Below are positions 9,489 to 15,282 of a stretch of DNA of 18,515 bases, one piece after another. The notes beneath the pieces are model-generated. The model worked only from the letters and a program-made list of their open reading frames with translations. It did not search any database and was not told the origin of the DNA. Source of the DNA: an uncultured Deinococcales bacterium (lineage in GTDB: Bacteria; Deinococcota; Deinococci; Deinococcales; JAAFIG01); the NCBI GenBank assembly GCA_964247135.1, contig CAXTTL010000081.1:1-18515 (forward strand), read 5' to 3'. Made by a program: the position numbers and the translations under genes. Position 1 is the stretch's first letter. The number at the start of each line of letters is the position of its first letter.

Positions 9489-9528
9489 AAATAAAAATCG
9501 AGCAACACCAAAACATGGCGTTGCTCGA
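9489..9528 (-). terminator. Intrinsic terminator of the lipoprotein gene
   Basis: Minus-strand RNA UCGAGCAACGCCA-UGUUU-UGGUGUUGCUCGA (13-bp stem with one G-U pair) followed by UUUUUAUUU, about 25 nt after the stop at 9554. Confidence 0.75.
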
Positions 9529-9553
9529 GATGTGTAAAACTAAAATTTAAAAC

Positions 9554-10021
9554 TTACTGTACATTGACATTGATGGTGACCGTTCCAAGCTCGACACCAC
9601 TGGTTGCAGTTCCAGAGGCATCATTGAGCGTGATCATAACAGGGTACGAACCTACTGCTGTGCCTGCGGCTGCCGTCACGTTGAAGCTGAGGGTATCAAC
9701 CACAGCACCCGAACTGGCGCTGTTCAATGCCACCTGAATGCCACTTGGAGACTGCACATCAGAAATACTGACCGTACCCGTAGCATCAAAACCCGTTGAA
9801 CCTGCAACAGCACTTTGCACCAATTCGGACAACGCCTGCGTGGTGTTTGCAGCCAAAGTGCTCGAGTCTCCAGCTCCCAAGGTCACGGTTGGGGCGGCGA
9901 TAACGGTACCGCTTTGATCCACCGCCGAAAGCGCTCCTGCGCTTGGCGTGGCTGTTGAGCAGGCTGCCATCGAGAGTGCGAGAATAACCGAACCGAGAAC
10001 TGGCGCAAAGGCTTTTTTCAT
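9554..10021 (-). CDS. Putative lipoprotein with a predicted Ig-like beta-sandwich domain, 155 aa
   Basis: AAGGAG RBS before ATG 10021; MKKAFAPVLGSVILALSMAA-C lipobox; beta-rich mature part (FNVTAAAGTAVGSYPVMITL); paralog of 10318-10779. The fold is inferred. Confidence 0.82.
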   Translation of the reverse strand: MKKAFAPVLGSVILALSMAACSTATPSAGALSAVDQSGTVIAAPTVTLGAGDSSTLAANTTQALSELVQSAVAGSTGFDATGTVSISDVQSPSGIQVALNSASSGAVVDTLSFNVTAAAGTAVGSYPVMITLNDASGTATSGVELGTVTINVNVQ

Positions 10022-10031
10022 AATGATCTCC

Positions 10032-10066
10032 TTGCTCGAGGGTCGCTCGAGACTTGTTGAAAGGGC
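10032..10066 (-). repeat. Duplicated 5' leader element, copy A
   Basis: 33/35 identical to 10792-10826; contains two CTCGAG 5 nt apart just upstream of the RBS. Confidence 0.9.
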
Positions 10067-10122
10067 GGTTGTCGTGTTTCGAGTCATGACCGATCTGGCT
10101 TTTGGTGAGCGCTTACAAGGTC

Positions 10123-10157
10123 AGTATGTAAGTGTTTGGTGGATTGAACGTGGGGTT
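10123..10157 (-). promoter_or_regulatory. Regulon box 5 plus -10, upstream of the lipoprotein gene
   Basis: AACCC CACGTTCAATCCAC caaacactta CATACT; 10123-10183 aligns without gaps (48/61) to 10946-11006. Confidence 0.75.
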
Positions 10158-10254
10158 TTTTGGTCTGTTTGGCTTCATTTTTGTTTGGTAATTCCAAATT
10201 GAATGCTTTGTTTTGACGTGAGAAGTTGCAATAAAAATCTCGAGTTTGGAATTC

Positions 10255-10288
10255 AAAAAAAAGTGGTGACGTTTTTGATACGTCACCA
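10255..10288 (-). terminator. Intrinsic terminator of the 10318-10779 gene
   Basis: Perfect 9-bp stem TGGTGACGT/ACGTCACCA with a 7-nt loop; the A8 tract at 10255-10262 is a U-tract on the minus strand. Confidence 0.8.
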
Positions 10289-10317
10289 AGTAGGAGGGGA
10301 AAGTTCTGGGGTAATTC

Positions 10318-10779
10318 TTAGTACACGCTGACATCAATGGTAACGATGCTTTGCTCGGTGTGGTCTGCATTTTCAAGCGTGACGAGCACCACGTATGATC
10401 CTCTTGCTGTGCCGGCAGGAGCTGTAACCATAAAGTCCAACTTGTCTGCCGCAGTCCTGCTGCTCGCATCGGCGAGGCTCACACCGAAGCCGCCATCGAC
10501 ATTGACGATGCTCAAACCACCATTGGCACTGTTGTTCAGTTCGCCCAGACTCCAGTGTGGCACATAAGCGGTTAACATTTCCGAGCTGCCGAAATCCAAG
10601 ACTGCGTTATGGCGAGATTTGTGGAAGCCCTCGGTGTCAAAAGTAACTACAGGTGCAGATGTTGGAATGCCAGAATCATCAACTGCGGTGACTTGTCCGA
10701 TAGAACTACCAGCGAATGCTCCAGCACTGAGTGAAATTGCGAGGACTGAACCGAGGACGGATGCGATAACTTTGTTCAT
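10318..10779 (-). CDS. Secreted protein with a predicted Ig-like domain, 153 aa
   Basis: AAGGAG RBS; Sec signal MNKVIASVLGSVLAISLSAGAFA; shares blocks with the lipoprotein (TAVDDSG..SAPVVT; DFMVTAPAGTARGSYVVLVTLENA; VTIDVSV). Confidence 0.84.
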   Translation of the reverse strand: MNKVIASVLGSVLAISLSAGAFAGSSIGQVTAVDDSGIPTSAPVVTFDTEGFHKSRHNAVLDFGSSEMLTAYVPHWSLGELNNSANGGLSIVNVDGGFGVSLADASSRTAADKLDFMVTAPAGTARGSYVVLVTLENADHTEQSIVTIDVSVY

Positions 10780-10791
10780 GGTGTTGCTCCT

Positions 10792-10826
10792 TTGCTCGAG
10801 GGCTGCTCGAGACTTGTTGAAAGGGC
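10792..10826 (-). repeat. Duplicated 5' leader element, copy B
   Basis: 33/35 identical to 10032-10066. Confidence 0.9.
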
Positions 10827-10858
10827 TTGGTGTCGATGGTGCGCGGGTTTTGATTGAC

Positions 10859-10897
10859 TTATTGCTGGTACTGCCTCGGGTTTTTCGTTTGGGTCAT
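10859..10897 (-). CDS. Possible 12-aa upstream ORF (MTQTKNPRQYQQ)
   Basis: Perfect AAGGAG (10903-10908) 5 nt before ATG 10897, TAA at 10859-10861; lies between box 6 and the 10779 gene. Confidence 0.35.
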   Translation of the reverse strand: MTQTKNPRQYQQ

Positions 10898-10945
10898 TCA
10901 GTCTCCTTCGTTGAGTCGCAGGTGGTTCTTCCTGCTGATGGGTTT

Positions 10946-10980
10946 AGTATGCGAGGATTTGGTGGATCGAACATGTAGCG
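10946..10980 (-). promoter_or_regulatory. Regulon box 6 plus -10, upstream of the secreted-protein gene
   Basis: CGCTA CATGTTCGATCCAC caaatcctcg CATACT on the minus strand. Confidence 0.75.
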
Positions 10981-11112
10981 ATTTAGTCTGTTTGGCTTCA
11001 TCTTTGCGTTATTTTTTGTTAACTGATTGCCTCTCAATTTTTGAGTTTTTGGTGTCTGTCACGCCTTCAAAAGCAATTCTCGAGCCTCGAGTTTGCAACC
11101 TACCCAAAGCGG

Positions 11113-11118
11113 TATACT
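11113..11118 (+). promoter_or_regulatory. -10 element of a leaderless TCS operon promoter
   Basis: TATACT 6 nt before ATG 11125; no Shine-Dalgarno; no regulon box at the 10-nt spacing. Confidence 0.7.
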
Positions 11119-11124
11119 TCATTC

Positions 11125-11790
11125 ATGCGAATTTTGGTGCTCGAGGATGATCCCGCAATTCGTTTGCCGTTGGCGGCAGGATTGCGCGAGGCTGGTTACG
11201 CGGTGGACGAGTGTGACCGTGCACTCGAGGCTGAAGGTTTGGCTTTGATGTACCCGTTTGATGTGCTGGTTGTGGATGTGCGCCTGCCAGAAGGTCCAAA
11301 CGCGGGTTTTGAATTGGTTGGGCGGCTTCGCAGCCAAAACCTAAAAACATCAGTCTTGTTTTTAACCGCCCGCGACGCGCTCGAGGATCGAATTCATGGG
11401 CTTGACGCGGGTGGCGACGATTACCTGGTCAAACCGTTTCATTTGGGCGAGGTCCTGGCGCACGTGCGGGCTTTGCTGCGCCGAAATCGTCCCGATGTGC
11501 AAACCACGCTCGAGTTGCGCGGTTTAAAAATTGATTTCACGGCGCGTTCGGTGTTGTTTCAGGGTGTGGCGGCAAAACTTTCGGCAAAAGAATACGCGGT
11601 GCTCGAGTTGCTTTCCTCGCATCCTGGTCGAATTTTTTCTCGAGACGAAATTTCTGAACGGGTTTGGGATGGTTCGTTCGAGGCGGTCACGAACGTTGTC
11701 GATGTTTACGTCAAGAACGTTCGCAAAAAGACTGTGGATTGGGTGATCGAAACCATCCGCAACATGGGTTACAGGTTTCCCAGCGAATGA
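11125..11790 (+). CDS. OmpR/PhoB-family response regulator, 221 aa
   Basis: MRILVLEDD, VDVRLP, FLTARD, DDYLVKPF; recognition helix NVVDVYVKNVRKK and wing ETIRNMGYRF; ATGA overlap with the kinase. Confidence 0.95.
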   Translation: MRILVLEDDPAIRLPLAAGLREAGYAVDECDRALEAEGLALMYPFDVLVVDVRLPEGPNAGFELVGRLRSQNLKTSVLFLTARDALEDRIHGLDAGGDDYLVKPFHLGEVLAHVRALLRRNRPDVQTTLELRGLKIDFTARSVLFQGVAAKLSAKEYAVLELLSSHPGRIFSRDEISERVWDGSFEAVTNVVDVYVKNVRKKTVDWVIETIRNMGYRFPSE

Positions 11791-13130
11791 CACCGCTCAA
11801 CGAACGGCTTAGTCCTCGTACTTTAATTGGGTTATTCTCGAGTCTGGTGCTGCTGTTGTCATTGGCGACGTTGACGGTGGTTTCTGGTTTGACACTGCAA
11901 GCCTCAAACTTACGGGACATTGATGCGGTCTTGAGCGAACAATCACGAATTATTGTGACCGAGGCGCAGTCGAAAACCAACCTCAACATCAAAGACCCGA
12001 CGGTTGTGCTCGAGGCTTTGCGACTTCGCACTGGCTCGAGTGTGGCGGCGGTTTACCGCGATCAAAGACCAGTCTGGAGAGGTGGTTCGATCAAAGCACC
12101 AAATGAACCATTTGATCTCAATTTTTTCTCGAATCCGGCAAGACGGTCTGTGGTGACCAGCAACGATTGGCGTGTGCTTAGTCGCCGCGACAATGATGTG
12201 ATCGTGCAGGTCGCGCAACCGCTGGCAGTGTTGAACTCAACCATGCTCAACTATTGGCGCAACACCGCCATTGGAACGGCTGTGATTGCCTTGCTGGCTG
12301 GTCTTTTCATCAATTATATGCTCGGGCGTTTGATTCGACCACTCGGCTTGCTGGCGGCTCGAGTTCAACATTTGGATTCAGACAAACCCATTCCTGCCAC
12401 GCGGGTCAAAGGTGAAATTGGCATTTTGGCAAGGGGTTTGGAAAAAAGCATTACAGATTTAAAAGAAACCCGACTTCGAGAATCACGGTTTCTTGCCGAT
12501 GCCAGCCACGAGTTGCGCACACCAATCACGGCACTGCTGGCAGACCTCGAGCACAGTTTGTCGCGCACACGATCATCGGAGGATTTGCTGGGGGTCATCA
12601 CCAGATCGCAAAAATCGGCGGTGCATTTGCGCGATCTGGCTTCAAACCTGCTGGCACTCTCGCGTACTGGGGCGGGCGCTGCACCCGTTCGGGTGGCAGT
12701 TGATGTGCTCGAGGTGGCGCTCGAGGTCACAGACCGCCTTGTGCCTTTGGCGGCGCAAAAAGGTTTGGGCTTGGATGCCGACGGCGATTTGGCAATCATT
12801 CAGGGCGATCCGGTTTTGTTGGCGCGGATGCTCGAGAATCTGGTTTCAAACGCGATCAAGTACACCAGCGCGGGCAGCATCAGCGTTCATGTCGCAACCC
12901 AACCCGATAGCGTTATTTTGACCGTGAAAGACACGGGCATCGGCATTCCGAACGACAAACTCGAGCATTTATTCGAGCCGTTCAAACGCGCCCACCTCGA
13001 GCACCGCGACGGTTTTGGACTTGGGCTAGCTGTGGTCAAAAGTGTGACTGAGGGGCATGGTGGACACGTGCGCCTCTCGAGTGAAGTCGGGATTGGCACG
13101 AATATTGAGGTTGTCTTGCCAAAAAATTGA
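11787..13130 (+). CDS. Sensor histidine kinase (2 TM, HAMP, HisKA, HATPase), 447 aa
   Basis: H-box FLADASHELRTPI, N-box ENLVSNAIKY, G1 DTGIGI, F-box LFEPF, G2 GFGLGL; starts at ATG 11787 overlapping the regulator stop. Confidence 0.95.
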   Translation: MTPLNERLSPRTLIGLFSSLVLLLSLATLTVVSGLTLQASNLRDIDAVLSEQSRIIVTEAQSKTNLNIKDPTVVLEALRLRTGSSVAAVYRDQRPVWRGGSIKAPNEPFDLNFFSNPARRSVVTSNDWRVLSRRDNDVIVQVAQPLAVLNSTMLNYWRNTAIGTAVIALLAGLFINYMLGRLIRPLGLLAARVQHLDSDKPIPATRVKGEIGILARGLEKSITDLKETRLRESRFLADASHELRTPITALLADLEHSLSRTRSSEDLLGVITRSQKSAVHLRDLASNLLALSRTGAGAAPVRVAVDVLEVALEVTDRLVPLAAQKGLGLDADGDLAIIQGDPVLLARMLENLVSNAIKYTSAGSISVHVATQPDSVILTVKDTGIGIPNDKLEHLFEPFKRAHLEHRDGFGLGLAVVKSVTEGHGGHVRLSSEVGIGTNIEVVLPKN

Positions 13131-13159
13131 GTTCACAAAACGGTAGTCTGAAATTGAAT

Positions 13160-13432
13160 TCAGTGATTGTTGACGGTTATGCTGTAAGCAATTAACAATG
13201 CCAAAACCATGCCCAAACCCAGGCTTTCAATCAGCACCTCGAGCGATGTGATGTGAAATCCGTAAACGTCATTCAAAAGGTACGTGGGCATCAGGCTGAA
13301 AATTCCAACCGCCAGCGAAAAGATGACAGCCAGCGATCCATACCAAAGCACGGATTGCAACACCACAATCAAATTTCTGTGGTCGCTCGAGTGGGCTATG
13401 GGTTGATGAACTGGGATTTGTAAACTGTTCAT
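13160..13432 (-). CDS. Small membrane protein (2 predicted TM), 90 aa
   Basis: GGAGG RBS at 13439-13443, two hydrophobic stretches, preceded by regulon box 7. Confidence 0.75.
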   Translation of the reverse strand: MNSLQIPVHQPIAHSSDHRNLIVVLQSVLWYGSLAVIFSLAVGIFSLMPTYLLNDVYGFHITSLEVLIESLGLGMVLALLIAYSITVNNH

Positions 13433-13450
13433 GGTGTACCTCCACCAGGA

Positions 13451-13485
13451 ATGTTGCGCCCCTCACATGGATTGACCGTGAAGCC
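13451..13485 (-). promoter_or_regulatory. Regulon box 7 plus -10
   Basis: GGCTT CACGGTCAATCCAT gtgaggggcg CAACAT on the minus strand. Confidence 0.72.
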
Positions 13486-13520
13486 ATAAAAAATCAGACC
13501 GCACAATGGCGGTCTGATTT
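13486..13520 (-). terminator. Intrinsic terminator of the basic exported-protein gene
   Basis: Perfect 12-bp inverted repeat AAATCAGACCGC-acaatg-GCGGTCTGATTT (13491-13520) running into a U-tract on the minus strand. Confidence 0.85.
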
Positions 13521-13547
13521 GGGGGTGGAAGCATTTAAAGCAAAAAC

Positions 13548-13850
13548 TTATTTGGATTTTGTGTTGCCAGTACGAATTTTGCTGCCACGAGCCTTGCTGG
13601 TGCGTGCTTTGCTGGTGCGTGCTTTGCTGGTGCGTGCTTTGCTGACACGACGCTTGTTGGTGCGGGTGCTTGCCTTGTTGCGGTTGTGGCGCTTGGTTTG
13701 AACGCTCTTTTTGCTGTGCGTAGTCTTGGCAACCGTGGTGACAACGGGTTTGGTGGCAACGGCTTTGCTGGTTGGTGCAGCGTTGGCAATCATGACACTC
13801 GAGAGGGCGGCGGCGAGGATCAAACCAATGGTACGGACTTTGATGTTCAT
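13548..13850 (-). CDS. Exported, highly basic, low-complexity protein (Asr-like), 100 aa
   Basis: AAGGAG RBS; signal peptide MNIKVRTIGLILAAALSSVMIANA; mature part rich in K/R/T/S with no acidic residues and SKART repeats. Confidence 0.8.
   Translation of the reverse strand: MNIKVRTIGLILAAALSSVMIANAAPTSKAVATKPVVTTVAKTTHSKKSVQTKRHNRNKASTRTNKRRVSKARTSKARTSKARTSKARGSKIRTGNTKSK
13594..13644. repeat. 15-bp coding tandem repeat, 3.4 copies
   Basis: TTGCTGGTGCGTGCT x3 plus TTGCTG; encodes (SKART)n on the minus strand. Confidence 0.95.
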
Positions 13851-13918
13851 AAGAACTCCTTTTTCTTGAACCTCGAGCGATCCACCGCTGCTGCGGTGGT
13901 CTTCTTTGGTCTGGGCGT

Positions 13919-13953
13919 AGTTTCTATCTTTCAGATGGACTACACATGAAACA
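13919..13953 (-). promoter_or_regulatory. Regulon box 8 plus -10, upstream of the Asr-like gene
   Basis: TGTTT CATGTGTAGTCCAT ctgaaagata GAAACT on the minus strand. Confidence 0.62.
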
Positions 13954-13993
13954 CCGTTCGAGGTTTGATGTTCGGTTTGACCTGGCTGGGTTT

Positions 13994-14028
13994 GCTTTCA
14001 TCTTCACTCCACGAAGAGCTTGCAAACT
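13994..14028 (+). promoter_or_regulatory. Regulon box 9 plus -10; probably leaderless promoter of the GluR0-like gene
   Basis: GCTTT CATCTTCACTCCAC gaagagcttg CAAACT, then 7 nt to ATG 14036. Confidence 0.78.
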
Positions 14029-14035
14029 TCGCCAC

Positions 14036-15199
14036 ATGAAAACCAAAATTCTCTCCAGACAAAATCCGACCCGTCCATCAAGCCACCTCAGCTCGAGTCT
14101 CGAGGATCAAGGACACAGAACGATGCTGGCATTTATGGCGTGGTTCATGGCACTTTTCCTGATTTTCAGCCCTAATGTTTTTGCCCAGCAAGCGCCGCAA
14201 AAAACCTTGCGCGTGGCGATCAAACCGCTGACCCCGTTCGTCACCAGCGCCGCCTCTGGGGTGGGTTATGAAGGCTTTAGCATCGATCTTTGGAATGCGA
14301 TAGCGGCAAAAAACGGTTGGAAAACCGAGTTTCAAATCAAAAAGAGTGTTCAAGAAGTCATCGCGTCGGTGCAACAAGGGCAAGCCGATGTCGGTATTTC
14401 GGGCATCAGCATCACCAAAGAACGCGAGTCAATACTGGATTTTAGTCTGCCAATGTTCAACGCGGGTTTGCAGGTGGTCGTGCCGAGCCATCCCGCGTTT
14501 GACCCATTGCAGGCACTCAGCAACCTGTTCTCGCCGCAACTCGAGTTTATTGGTTTGCTGATTTTTGGCTGCATCTTGGTTGCCGGTCACGTGATTTGGT
14601 TGGTCAACCGCAAGAATCCAGATTTCCCCAAAGGTTATCTGCCTGGGGTGCTCGAGGGCATGTGGTGGGGGGTGGTGAACTTTCCGCAAAGCAGCCTGGG
14701 GAGCGAAAACCCCAAATCCTGGTTGGGACGAGGCTTGAGCGTGATTTGGTTGGTGCTTGGGGTTGGACTGCTGGCAAACTTTACCGCCAACGCCACGGCA
14801 ACCTTGACCGTGCAACAGATTCAAGGTTCGATTCAGGGCGTCTCGGACTTGCCTGGCAAGCGCGTTCTGACGGTTAAGGGAACGACCTCGGAATCGTACT
14901 TGAATGCCAGCAACATCAAGAACTCGAGCGTTGCCACCGTTGAAGATGCTCTGACGCAACTCGAGGCAGGTCAAGCCGATGCTGTGGTTTACGACGCGCC
15001 TGTGCTGCAATATTTTGCCAGTCACGACGCCAAGGGCAAAATTGCGGTGATCGGCAGCGTTTTTAAACCCGAGTATTATGGCATTGCGCTGGCAAACAAA
15101 AGCCTGCTGCGCAAACCCATCAATGAAACCCTGACCGACTTAAGTTCCAGCGGCAATTTGCTGGTCTTGCAGCAAAAATGGTTTGGCGATGGCAATTAA
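14036..15199 (+). CDS. GluR0-like ligand-gated ion channel (split family-3 amino-acid-binding domain around a TM-P-TM pore)
   Basis: Signal-like segment; S1 (EGFSIDLW, ISITKERESILDFSLP); TM1; pore helix EGMWWGVV; TM2 ending ANFTANATATLT; S2 (KGTTSE, AVVYDAPVL, YYGIAL). Start at 14036 (leaderless) or 14123. Confidence 0.85.
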   Translation: MKTKILSRQNPTRPSSHLSSSLEDQGHRTMLAFMAWFMALFLIFSPNVFAQQAPQKTLRVAIKPLTPFVTSAASGVGYEGFSIDLWNAIAAKNGWKTEFQIKKSVQEVIASVQQGQADVGISGISITKERESILDFSLPMFNAGLQVVVPSHPAFDPLQALSNLFSPQLEFIGLLIFGCILVAGHVIWLVNRKNPDFPKGYLPGVLEGMWWGVVNFPQSSLGSENPKSWLGRGLSVIWLVLGVGLLANFTANATATLTVQQIQGSIQGVSDLPGKRVLTVKGTTSESYLNASNIKNSSVATVEDALTQLEAGQADAVVYDAPVLQYFASHDAKGKIAVIGSVFKPEYYGIALANKSLLRKPINETLTDLSSSGNLLVLQQKWFGDGN

Positions 15200-15270
15200 A
15201 CTCACCTCAAGGTAGGGGATTTTAAACTCGAGCCTGTGATTTTTCCCGAGTCAAACGGTTGGTTCTCGAG

Positions 15271-15276
15271 TATGCT
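15271..15276 (+). promoter_or_regulatory. -10 element of a leaderless deacetylase promoter
   Basis: TATGCT 6 nt before ATG 15283; no RBS; no regulon box. Confidence 0.65.
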
Positions 15277-15282
15277 GAAAAA

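Noticed and set aside
10022-10087. ORF-track N-terminal extensions (10087; also 5974, 6636, 11041, 11664, 13946, 15259, 16540, 17281)
   Set aside because: The downstream starts have an RBS, a -10 element or an ATGA overlap and give family-typical N-termini. The extensions run through promoters, leaders or neighbouring genes.
11063-11081. Box-like GCCTTCAAAAGCAATTCTC upstream of the TCS
   Set aside because: Only the first half matches, and it lies 21 nt further from TATACT than in the other promoters. Autoregulation is not supported, though not excluded.
13594-13644. Tandem repeat as a CRISPR array
   Set aside because: The 15-bp units are contiguous, have no spacers, are in frame in a CDS, and there are no cas genes.
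13535-13789. Alternative-frame ORF with AKHAP repeats (and the ALLVR repeat ORF 13519..13701 on +)
   Set aside because: Both are other readings of the same 15-bp repeat. The 13548..13850 frame has the RBS, signal peptide and promoter.
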